From NCBI GenBank assembly GCA_950097015.1, contig CATNEN010000003.1, forward strand, positions 12,772,001 to 12,836,000: a stretch of 64,000 nt of DNA, given 5' to 3'. Position numbers and translations under genes: made by a program. Shown here piece by piece: positions 48,861 through 61,100 of the stretch (its first letter is position 1; every line of letters begins with the position of its first letter). The notes below the pieces were generated by a model. The model was not told where the DNA came from, did not search any database, and was given only the letters and a program-made list of their open reading frames with translations. Origin of the DNA: Macrostomum hystrix (Eukaryota > Animalia > Platyhelminthes).

Positions 48861-49284
48861 GGTAGTTGTTATTTGTCCGGTTAACCGGACAAATAGCCAT
48901 TTGGTTATTCGTCCGGTTAACCAGTTAACCACCCAAGGACTTAATTTCTCCCCTTTCAATGAGCAGGAGCAACGATCCTCCCATAGACCACTCTTGCCCT
49001 GCTAATAGCCATCTTGAGTCTTGACCTCACAAAGACCAAACTATACTACTATAGGCCCCTACCCTTGAACTAAGTTAGTCCCTGAAACAACCGAATTTCT
49101 GGAAAAGGTTTTAATTTTTTTAATTAGCTGATAAGCGAAAATAATTTGAGACACAAACTTCAAATCTGAATGACTGTCCTTTTGCAGCTTGTTAATTATT
49201 TTATCTTACAAATGATAGAGGTTCTCGTGGTAGCGCTACAACCCCTACAACCTCGATTAACCGGACGAATAATCAAACTGCCTA
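48861..49284. mobile_element. Putative MITE / foldback element between the divergent UFC1 and CPEB genes
   Basis: Perfect 26-bp palindrome tatttgtccggttaaccggacaaata (48870-48895). tttggttattcgtccggttaa (48900-48920) is inverted relative to ttaaccggacgaataatcaaa (49257-49277). Confidence 0.5.
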
Positions 49285-50600
49285 AATAAATATTTATTTT
49301 TCATTAGTTATTCATGATCATAAATAACAGTTTTATTACCAAGATACGAGTAACATTACAACTTATATGAGTTTTTAATAGCAAATTTGAGCTTATCGTC
49401 ATTCGTCAACAGCATCCGGCGTTGTTGGTGTTGGCGTTGTTGATTCAGACAATTCAAAGGACAACTATGAAGTAGCTAACAGGTGTCCTCGGAGAATTCT
49501 TGAACACGTGTACTTTGTTGATGGTTCTCAGAAAATAGTAGCAAATGACGCTGTGGTTGCTTAAAAAAGTGTTTTTGTAATAAACAAGATTAAAAAATTC
49601 AAGGGGATTGTTCTTTTTCTTTTTTGTCTCTAACGCTGAAAATGAATAAGTACTATTTGTTTAACTTAACTAAAGCTTCAACAAAACAATTCAACGTGGC
49701 ATGTTTATCTTATTTTTAACTACGTTGCTTTCTTAATTTGTTTGACCTTACACTAATTTACTACGTACGCTTTTAGTGTTTTGCAGGTATGAGAGAAATA
49801 TATCTAATGTGCTTATACTGCATAAATATTCTAGAAAGAAAACATTTTGTGGAAATCTATTACCCGTTATTGGTTCTAAATATATGTAAATATATATAAT
49901 CACCTCCGGGTTTTGAGAGTAGTAATAAATAAATATGCTTGTGTTTAATATATATATTTGAGATCAATAGACCATAAAGTGTAAAGCTATCGCATTCAAT
50001 AAATAGTAAAGTAAATATTTCTGTAATTTTTAAGGACTTTCTTGCCTATATTTCTGATAATTTATTATTATTATGCTTGTCTAGTTATGACATTTGTTTA
50101 AAACCATAAAATCGGCTTTTTATCTCTAAAAGTATTAAGATCAGAAGGAATTTATTCATATGTGGTTGACTGGACTCAAGCTTTTGGTATAGAAATATAT
50201 ATTATGAATTTACACATACCTAAATAGCTTTTAATAGGCAATAGCTAGATAGATATTTTTCTATCTGTAACATGTTGAATGGTATGTAATAAACATGAAA
50301 TAAAAACAAATAAATATTTTTTTCTATGTATTTAGTAAAAGCAAAAAATCCAGACAAAAAACTCTCTATACTTATAGGAATTAAAAAGAATCAGAATAAT
50401 ACTATAATAATAATACTATACCATTGGTTAAAGAAAATTAGTGATACATTTGGCAGATTTCTTTTTAACAAAGAGTTAGTTAAAAGATATTATAAAGGCA
50501 ACTAGACCTAAAATGAATTGCATTATCTATCATGGTGTTGTCTAAAAAAGAACAAGTGTGTACTCCCCCATGCTTATTACAGTTACTACACAACATTACC

Positions 50601-51437
50601 ATGAACTCATTCTGCACTGACACAAAAGACACAAAACCAGGAGGCGAAATCTCCGGCCTGACAGTTCCGGCGTCTAATCTGGACTTCCTGAATTCTACAC
50701 CGCCCCTATCAGCCTCAGCTGGTGCCGACATGTCGCAACTCTTCGCGTCTGTGTCTACTGACTCAACTGTCGGGGTTGGCGCTTCCGCCGCCGGGTTCCA
50801 GAGTTTTGACGACGATCCAAACACCATGATTAACCTGCTGACTGCCGCTGCCGCCGTTGCCGCCACTTCAAATGGCATCGGTGGAGGTCATTCCGAGTTT
50901 GACTTTATTCACAAGCAACAGCAGCAGCATCAGACCGCAGGTGACAATAGTCTCAATAACTGGATGTCATCAACGGACCAGTTGGTTGCTCAGTTGGCCA
51001 GTCTGCCGCCGCCAAGTCAGCCTCCGTCAATGATGCCCTCGTCCACCGCGTGGCCTGAAGAATTTCTCGGCATTCAGCAGCAGCAGCAGTATGGCATTCC
51101 GCCACCGCAGCATCCTCCAGCTGGCTTTCGTCAGCATCAGCAGCAGCAGCACATTCAGAAGCGTCCAATCACCGGAGGCGGCCAGCGAAATCATTACCAG
51201 GGCGGCTTCGGGAACTTGCAGACGCAGCCGACGCACCAAAGCCGTATACATCACCAAGGAAACAAAGTCTGGAACAACAATGGCGGAACTCATCAGCACT
51301 ATCAGCACGGCCACGCCGGTAGTGGAGCTAATAATAACAACAACAATGGCTTCAATAGTCATCAGTTGTCACCGTCCACTGCCTGGTCAGTTACCAACAA
51401 ATGGCAGCAGCGTCACGGCAGTAGTTCTTGGCAGCAT

Positions 51438-51480
<43 letters not shown>

Positions 51481-54234
51481 TTCAAAGCGGTGCTCTAGAC
51501 TGGTCAGGAAATCCAATGGACAGCCTTCGAGCTTGTCTGGACACTTCGCAGCAGCAGCTGTTAGATCCGACCGCAGTTCCCGCCGAAATCTCCCTTGTCG
51601 AAGACTTCAACGGCAATGGCGGCTGCAGCCGGAGCATTGAGGAGCGCTTTAGCCGCAAAGTCTTTGTCGGCGGCCTGCCTCCAGACATTGACGAAGGTTT
51701 GTGCTCTATAATTAGCTACATTTTAACAGCAGAAAGGCAACGTTTATTTTCCCTACATGGGGAAAAAACCATGTGCGTGTATTTCAAAAACCTACGTCAC
51801 GATAGCTCCCAAACCGAAAGTCCACCATATGGATTCAAATTTTCCACCATTTAAGATTTCTTAAACTTTCACGGACTAATAACATTGCTCTGGTTCAAAA
51901 TGAAAAAAAAAATTGACAATTTAATCTATCTAAATTAGTCAAAATGGTTTCATCGTATAGAGAGGGAAATTTTTGCGTTTTTTCTTAATTTTAATGGCGA
52001 TTGGCTTAATATTTTAGGAGATACGAAAAAATGTAGGTATTTGAAATGCCCCCCGTGGTATTTCAACTATTAAATGTTTTCAGAAATCAATATTCATCGC
52101 GTCTATCTCAAACTTCGCAGAAGAAATCAGCAACGCATTTCGAAGATTCGGACCATTAGCCATCGATTGGCCGCACAAACAGGACAGCAAAACCTACTTC
52201 CCACCGAAGGGTAAGCTGTGGGATAAATATTGCACTTTCTTTACGTTTCTTGGAAATCATTTAGGAGGCCATGGTTTTTACGTCTATAAAAACTTAACTT
52301 CATCGCTGATCAGGGAATGGAAAAAAACAATAAATTAGTTTCCAAATGTTTTAGTTCGTTTATGATAGGGCCGGCAAACTCCGGCCCGCGGGCCAGATGC
52401 GGCCCTCGAAGCTCCCAAATCCGGTCCGTTGCCCCTTCCAACACCTATAGTATCTTGTCTCATCTCTCTCTCAATTGGAGATCAAGATTCTCATCTCTCC
52501 CGTGTCTTATCCCTCCTGTCTCATCTCTCCTGCGTCTTATCTCCCCTGTCTTATATCTCTCCCCTGTCTTACCTCTCCCCTGTCTTATCTCTCCCCTGTT
52601 TCATCTCCCATGTCTCATCTCTCCCGCGTCTCATCTCTTCTGCGTCTCGTCTCCCCTGTCTTATCTCTCCCCTGTCTCATCTCCCCCGTCTCATCTCTCC
52701 CCTGTCTCATCTCTCCCCTGTCTCATCTCCCCTGTCTAATCTCTCCCCTGTCTCATCTCCCCTGTCTTATCTTATCATGTGACTCATCTATACCCTTTCT
52801 CATACGTCAATGCGGCCCGCCGTCGTATTTTAGGTTCTCTCTGCGGCCTGGCAAGCTAATAAGTATGCCGACCCCTGGTTTATGAGACTAATGACATTTT
52901 AGGCACAGAGGAGGCTGTGTAGTTAAAGAAGAAATATGATGAAATCTATCTTTTACCAGATACAGCATAAAAGAAATTTTTAATCTTAAAAGTTAAGCCT
53001 TTAATCCGCCTACAATCAAGCGCAGTCACTAAATTTGCGTAGAAAAAAAGATAATTTTCTGTAGCTTCCTGTCCTTGTACTCCTAGTGGTCATTCCATGC
53101 GGCCAGAACTTTTTTGCTACCAATTGATTCATTCTTAATTCTTCCGACCTTGTAAATATTGTTTTATCTGGATTTTAAAAGAAATAACATCTGGATCATG
53201 ACTTAAAACATGAGGATTCACTGAAAGAATACATTTTTTAAGAAGTATTCAATGCAGTCATGTATTTTTGAGAGAAATTAAAATCCTAGAAGGGATTCTA
53301 GAAGTTGTGCGCCAGGGGGAAATTTCCGGCTCTCTCTTCTCTGTCTCTCGGTCCACTTCTTTCGCTTACTAAACCCATTTTTCCCTTCGCATCCCGTGCC
53401 CTATAGTCTAAGATCATTTGCCCTCTCGCGTGGCGGACAAGTTTACGAGTGCAGCTGCACTTTCTTATATCGGTTTGACTCGGCTTAGCCACCGTGTTAG
53501 CAGACATCGTCTGATATTTTCAATTTAATTAGTAAGAAAATTAACTTTCTCTTTTTGGCTAGACAGTCGGAATTTCGACTTAAAGGTCGGGGGTTCGATT
53601 CCCGACTCCACTTTAAGAATTTGTGTCCTTTAGCAAGCGAGAAATCTGCATTGCTTCAGCTCAATTAGGTGTTTAATGGGTAATTAACATTGGGTGTGTC
53701 ATCCCAACCAGTCCATGGACTGAACAGCCGTACGCAGCCTTCCGATGCGCCACGCAATTGCTCGTAGCTCATTGCTTATAAATTTAAGTACTTTTTTTCA
53801 TAAATATAGTCAAATCTCATGTGTATTATTGTGTTTAATCATTTACCTTCGTTTTCTACTTCTTAAAATATTATTCAAAGTTGAAAAAAATTCCACTTTA
53901 GCATCAGCTTTGGGCAAAAATTAGGGTGGTTGTGCAACCCTGCGCACAGTCCATCGACTGAACGTTCACAGCTGTGCCACTCGCTGTTTTTAGGGGTTTT
54001 TAGATATATTGTCTATAATTTAGACAGTATAATTAATTTTGAAATGTAATTTTAGATATTTAACATTCTAAACACATTAGATTTTTTCCCCAAACCTTTC
54101 ATTTTCCCTACTCAGGCTATTGTTTCATTCTATTTCAAGAGGAGCTAAGCGTGCAGAGCCTAGTTGAAGCCTGCATATCCGATGGCGAGAGGCAGTACTG
54201 GTGCGTCTCGTCGCCTACAATGAAGGACAAACCT
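50601..54234 (+). CDS. CPEB: CPEB2-4/Orb2-subfamily cytoplasmic polyadenylation element-binding protein, 5' part. Exons 50601-51696, 52121-52210, 54116-54234. The gene continues beyond the window.
   Basis: Q/N/H-rich N-terminus followed by RRM1: ERFSRKVFVGGLPPDIDE|EEISNAFRRFGPLAIDWPHKQDSKTYFPPK|GYCFILFQEELSVQSLVEAC...CVSSPTMKDKP. GT-AG introns are in phase. Confidence 0.95.
52366..52877. mobile_element. Non-autonomous hAT (Charlie-like) MITE with an internal minisatellite, in CPEB intron 2
   Basis: Termini tagggccggcaaact ... agtatgccgacccctg and a perfect 8-bp TSD GTTTATGA (52358-65 and 52878-85) with central TA. Confidence 0.88.
53557..53760 (+). mobile_element. CORE-SINE family B copy in CPEB intron 2
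   Basis: B-box ggttcgattccc, CORE-like tgtgtcctttagcaag...ctgcattgcttcagctc...aatgggt, and the gtccatggactgaacagccgtacgcagcc block. Confidence 0.75.
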
Positions 54235-54284
54235 GTGAGTTTTTGTCTGAAAATCTATCAGATTTTCTTGTGAGATTGGATTTG

Positions 54285-54636
54285 TCACGAGGGGGTGAGT
54301 GGCACAGCGGTTAACGCGTTTGCCTCTCGCACCAAGTTCCCGGAGTTCGATTCCGCGGCGAGGCCATATTGATTTGGGGCGCAGCCGCGGAGATAATTAG
54401 GCTTTGGGGGCTTGTCGTGCAATTTACGTCCTTGAGTACCAACCTACAGGGCACACTGAACAAATGTACACTGCCTGATGATAAGAAAGTCAGGGCATCT
54501 GTGTGCGTGTGTGCTCAGGAGTCAGCCAAATGGGCAGAATTGCCTCCTCATTGGGCTGCGGGTCTAGTGTTACCAAATGATGTGCCATTACCAGCAGCCC
54601 TCCTGCAAATATTATTATTATTATTTTATTTATTGC
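54285..54636 (+). mobile_element. Near full-length tRNA-derived SINE family A in CPEB intron 3
   Basis: A-box tggcacagcgg, B-box gagttcgattcc, (ATT)n tail, and a near-perfect TSD gagattRgatttg (54272-84 and 54637-49). Confidence 0.85.
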
Positions 54637-55189
54637 GAGATTAGATTTGGGATGAGAATTGATTTATTATAAGATTTTTTATGGGGTTTATTAGATAGGA
54701 TTAAAAACATTCCAATAGAAATTCGAGGTTATCATAAAAGTTGTTAGGATTTTCGGATTTTCGGATTTCAACAATTTTCAGAGAAGGGTTTTTAATGTCT
54801 CTCTGTCATTCTATAAGCTTCTAGGTCACCCTTGTGTGGAAAGTAAATACAGGGTGAAATGCTATGCTATAATCAGTATTGGCTGCAAATATTTGACCCT
54901 GTTAAACAGTCTGTTAAGGCCTCCAAAGCATATGCCTGTCATTACTAATTTCCCAAAAATCGTCTTGAGCACTGTTGACCTGTATGGACCCCATCGTCCT
55001 TGCTATATCTTCCCCCGTATATACAAAACTCCAATTGTCAATCTCTAGTCCTCTTCTGCCATTTTCGTCACTTTGATTGATTGATGACTTTATTCAGAGC
55101 AGGTGCACCTTTACTTTAAGTTGCTTGTGTATTATAATACGAGTGTATGTCTATATAGTTGCACATTTCAAGTAGAAAATAATTTATAT

Positions 55190-58100
55190 CTGTTTGAGAC
55201 ATCAAAGACACAACACTTCCATTTTATATCCTGAAGTCACGTCGTTTGAGACACAACACATCCATTTTATATCCTGAAGTCACGTCGTTTGAGACACAAC
55301 AAATCCAATTTATATCCTGAAGTCACGTCGTTTGAGACACAACACTTCCATTTTATATCCTGAAGTCACGTCGTTTGAGACACAACAAATCCAATTTATA
55401 TCCTGCAGTCACGTCGTTTGAGACACAACAAATCCAATTTATATCCTGAAGTCACGTCGTTTGAGACACAACAAATCCAATTTATATCCTGAAGTCACGT
55501 CGTTTGAGACACAACACTACCATTTTATATCCTGCAGTCACGTCGTTTGAGACACAACACATCCATTTTATATCCTGCAGTCACGTCGTTTGAGACACAA
55601 CAAATCCAATTTATATCCTGCAGTCACGTCGTTTGAGACTCAACACATCCATTTTATATCCTGCAGTCACGTCGTTTGAGACACAACACTACCATTTTAT
55701 ATCCTGCAGTCACGTCTTTTGAGACACAACACATCCATTTTTTATCCTGAAGTCACGTCGTTTGAGACACAACACTTCCATTTTATATCCTGCAGTCACG
55801 TCTTTTGAGACACAACACATCCATTTTTTATCCTGAAGTCACGTCGTTTGAGACACAACACTTCCATTTTATATCCTGAAGTCACGTCGTTTGAGACACA
55901 ACACTTCCATTTTATATCCTGAAGTCACGTCGTTTGAGACTCAACACATCCAATTTATATCCTGAAGTCACGTCGTTTGAGACTCAACACATCCATTTTA
56001 TATCCTGAAGTCACGTCGTTTGAGACACAACACTACCATTTTATATCCTGCAGTCACGTCGTTTGAGACACAACACATCCATTTTTTATCCTGCAGTCAC
56101 GTCGTTTGAGACACAACACTTCCATTTTATATCCTGAAGTCACGTCGTTTGAGACACAACACTTCCATTTTATATCCTGAAGTCACGTCGTTTGAGACAC
56201 AACACTTCCATTTTATATCCTGCAGTCACGTCGTTTGAGACACAACACTTCCATTTTATATCCTGCAGTCACGTCGTTTGAGACTCAACACATCCATTTT
56301 ATATCCTGAAGTCACGTCGTTTGAGACTCAACACTTCCATTTTATATCCTGAAGTCACGTCGTTTGAGACTCAACACATCCATTTTATATCCTGAAGTCA
56401 CGTCGTTTGAGACTCAACACATCCATTTTATATCCTGAAGTCACGTCGTTTGAGACACAACACATCCATTTTATATCCTGAAGTCACGTCGTTTGAGACT
56501 CAACACTTCCATTTTATATCCTGAAGTCACGTCGTTTGAGACTCAACACATCCATTTTATATCCTGCAGTCACGTCGTTTGAGACTCAACACTTCCATTT
56601 TATATCCTGAAGTCACGTCGTTTGAGACACAACACTTCCATTTTATATCCTGAAGTCACGTCGTTTGAGACACAACACTTCCATTTTATATCCTGCAGTC
56701 ACGTCGTTTGAGACACAACACTTCCATTTTATATCCTGCAGTCACGTCGTTTGAGACTCAACACATCCATTTTATATCCTGAAGTCACGTCGTTTGAGAC
56801 TCAACACTTCCATTTTATATCCTGAAGTCACGTCGTTTGAGACTCAACACATCCATTTTATATCCTGAAGTCACGTCGTTTGAGACTCAACACATCCATT
56901 TTATATCCTGAAGTCACGTCGTTTGAGACACAACACATCCATTTTATATCCTGAAGTCACGTCGTTTGAGACTCAACACTTCCATTTTATATCCTGAAGT
57001 CACGTCGTTTGAGACTCAACACATCCATTTTATATCCTGAAGTCACGTCGTTTGAGACTCAACACTTCCATTTTATATCCTGAAGTCACGTCGTTTGAGA
57101 CTCAACACATCCATTTTATATCCTGCAGTCACGTCGTTTGAGACACAACACTTCCATTTTATATCCTGCAGTCACGTCGTTTGAGACACAACACTTCCAT
57201 TTTATATCCTGAAGTCACGTCGTTTGAGACACAACACATCCATTTTATATCCTGAAGTCACGTCGTTTGAGATACAACACTTCCATTTTATATCCTGCAG
57301 TCACGTCGTTTGAGACACAACACATCCATTTTATATCCTGCAGTCACGTCGTTTGAGACACAACACTTCCATTTTATATCCTGCAGTCACGTCGTTTGAG
57401 ACTCAACACATCCATTTTATATCCTGCAGTCACGTCGTTTGAGACTCAACACTTCCATTTTATATCCTGCAGTCACGTCGTTTGAGACACAACACTTCCA
57501 TTTTATATCCTGCAGTCACGTCGTTTGAGACACAACACATCCATTTTATATCCTGCAGTCACGTCGTTTGAGACTCAACACATCCATTTTATATCCTGCA
57601 GTCACGTCGTTTGAGACTCAACACTTCCATTTTATATCCTGAAGTCACGTCGTTTGAGACACAACACTTCCATTTTATATCCTGAAGTCACGTCGTTTGA
57701 GACACAACACATCCATTTTATATCCTGAAGTCACGTCGTTTGAGACACAACACTTCCATTTTATATCCTGCAGTCACGTCGTTTGAGACACAACACATCC
57801 ATTTTATATCCTGAAGTCACGTCGTTTGAGACACAACACATCCATTTTATATCCTGAAGTCACGTCGTTTGAGACACAACACTTCCATTTTATATCCTGA
57901 AGTCACGTCGTTTGAGACTCAACACATCCATTTTATATCCTGAAGTCACGTCGTTTGAGACACAACACATCCATTTTATATCCTGAAGTCACGTCGTTTG
58001 AGACACAACACTTCCATTTTATATCCTGCAGTCACGTCGTTTGAGACACAACAATTCCATTTTATATCCTGCAGTCACGTCGTTTGAGACACAACAATTC

Positions 58101-61100
58101 CATTTTATATCCTGCAGTCACGTCGTTTGAGACACAACACATCCATTTTATATCCTGAAGTCACGTCGTTTGAGACTCAACACATCCATTTTATATCCTG
58201 AAGTCACGTCGTTTGAGACACAACACATCCATTTTTTATCCTGCAGTCACGTCGTTTGAGACACAACACTTCCATTTTATATCCTGAAGTCACGTCGTTT
58301 GAGACACAACACTTCCATTTTATATCCTGCAGTCACGTCGTTTGAGACACAACACTTCCATTTTATATCCTGCAGTCACGTCGTTTGAGACACAACACAT
58401 CCATTTTATATCCTGAAGTCACGTCGTTTGAGACACAACAAATCCAATTTATATCCTGCAGTCACGTCGTTTGAGACTCAACACATCCATTTTATATCCT
58501 GAAGTCACGTCGTTTGAGACTCAACACATCCATTTTATATCCTGAAGTCACGTCGTTTGAGACACAACAATTCCATTTTATATCCTGCAGTCACGTCGTT
58601 TGAGACTCAACACATCCATTTTATATCCTGAAGTCACGTCGTTTGAGACTCAACACATCCATTTTATATCCTGAAGTCACGTCGTTTGAGACACAACAAT
58701 TCCATTTTATATCCTGCAGTCACGTCGTTTGAGACTCAACACATCCATTTTATATCCTGAAGTCACGTCGTTTGAGACTCAACACTTCCATTTTATATCC
58801 TGAAGTCACGTCGTTTGAGACACAACAATTCCATTTTATATCCTGCAGTCACGTCGTTTGAGACACAACACTTCCATTTTATATCCTGAAGTCACGTCGT
58901 TTGAGACACAACACTTCCATTTTATATCCTGAAGTCACGTCGTTTGAGACACAACACTTCCATTTTATATCCTGAAGTCACGTCGTTTGAGACTCAACAC
59001 ATCCATTTTATATCCTGAAGTCACGTCGTTTGAGACACAACAATTCCATTTTATTTCCTGCAGTCACGTCGTTTGAGACTCAACACATCCATTTTATATC
59101 CTGCAGTCACGTCGTTTGAGACACAACACATCCATTTTATGTCCTGAAGTCACGTCGTTTGAGACTCAACACATCCATTTTATATCCTGCAGTCACGTCG
59201 TTTGAGACACAACACATCCATTTTATGTCCTGAAGTCACGTCGTTTGAGACTCAACACATCCATTTTATATCCTGCAGTCACGTCGTTTGAGACACAACA
59301 CTTCCATTTTATATCCTGAAGTCACATCATTTGAGACACAAGACTTCCATTTTTTATCCTGAAGTCACGTCGTTTGAGACTCAACACTTCCATTTTTTAT
59401 CCTGCAGTCACGTCGTTTGAGACACAACACATCCATTTTATATCCTGCAGTCACGTCGTTTGAGACACAACACTTCCATTTTATATCCTGAAGTCACATC
59501 ATTTGAGACACAACACTTCCATTTTTTATCCTGAAGTCACGTCGTTTGAGACTCAACACATCCATTTTATATCCTGCAGTCACGTCGTTTGAGACACAAC
59601 ACTTCCATTTTATATCCTGAAGTCACATCATTTGAGACACAACACTTCCATTTTTTATCCTGAAGTCACGTCGTTTGAGACTCAACACTTCCATTTTTTA
59701 TCCTGAAGTCACGTCGTTTGAGACTCAACACATCCATTTTATATCCTGCAGTCACGTCGTTTGAGACACAACACTTCCATTTTATATCCTGAAGTCACAT
59801 CATTTGAGACACAACACATCCATTTTATATCCTGAAGTCACATCATTTGAGACACAACACTTCCATTTTTTATCCTGAAGTCACGTCGTTTGAGACACAA
59901 CACATCCATTTTATATCCTGAAGTCACGTCTTTCGAGACACAACACTTCCATTTTATATCCTGAAGTCACGTCTTTCGAGACACAACACTTCCATTTTAT
60001 ATCCTGAAGTCACGTCTTTCGAGACACAACACTTCCATTTTATATCCTGCAGTCACGTCTTTCGAGACACAACACTTCCATTTTATATCCTGAAGTCACG
60101 TCGTTTGAGACACAACACATCCATTTTATATCCTGAAGTCACGTCGTTTGAGACACAACACTTCCATTTTATATCCTGCAGTCACGTCGTTTGAGACACA
60201 ACACATCCATTTTATATCCTGAAGTCACGTCGTTTGAGACACAACACTTCCATTTTATATCCTGAAGTCACGTCGTTTGAGACACAACACATCCATTTTA
60301 TATCCTGAAGTCACGTCGTTTGAGACACAACACTTCCATTTTATATCCTGCAGTCACGTCGTTTGAGACACAGCACTTCCATTTTATATCCTGCAGTCAC
60401 GTCGTTTGAGACACAGCACTTCCATTTTATATCCTGCAGTCACGTCGTTTGAGACTCAACACATCCATTTTATATCCTGAAGTCACGTCGTTTGAGACAC
60501 AACACTTCCATTTTATATCCTGCAGTCACGTCGTTTGAGACACAACACTTCCATTTTTTATCCTGAAGTCACGTCGTTTGAGACACAACACTTCCATTTT
60601 ATATCCTGAAGTCACGTCGTTTGAGACACAACACTTCCATTTTATATCCTGCAGTCACGTCGTTTGAGACTCAACACATCCATTTTATATCCTGAAGTCA
60701 CGTCGTTTGAGACACAACACTTCCATTTTATATCCTGCAGTCACGTCGTTTGAGACACAGCACTTCCATTTTATATCCTGCAGTCACGTCGTTTGAGACA
60801 CAACACTTCCATTTTATATCCTGAAGTCACGTCGTTTGAGACTCAACACATCCATTTTATATCCTGAAGTCACGTCGTTTGAGACACAACACTTCCATTT
60901 TATATCCTGCAGTCACGTCGTTTGAGACACAACACTTCCATTTTATATCCTGCAGTCACGTCGTTTGAGACACAACACTTCCATTTTATATCCTGCAGTC
61001 ACGTCGTTTGAGACACAACACTTCCATTTTATATCCTGAAGTCACATAGTTTGAGACACAACACTTCCATTTTATATCCTGCAGTCACGTCTTTCGAGAC

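Noticed and set aside
54291-54365. tRNA genes here and at 35904-35972 and 53560-53612
   Set aside because: A and B boxes are present, but there is no proper acceptor stem, and each continues into a repeated SINE body.
54470-54500. Hammerhead ribozyme core in SINE A (ctgatga-taa-gaaa-gtc; ctgacga-tga-gaaa-gtc at 43204)
   Set aside because: Only 3 nt separate CUGANGA and GAAA, so stem II cannot form, and there is no stem III. The sequence folds better as a simple hairpin gcctgac/gtcagggc. An Infernal search with hammerhead models would settle it.
51697-55190. HDV-like ribozyme, by analogy with the mammalian CPEB3 intron
   Set aside because: I could not identify the nested double-pseudoknot by eye. 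The structured segments are explained by SINEs and a MITE.
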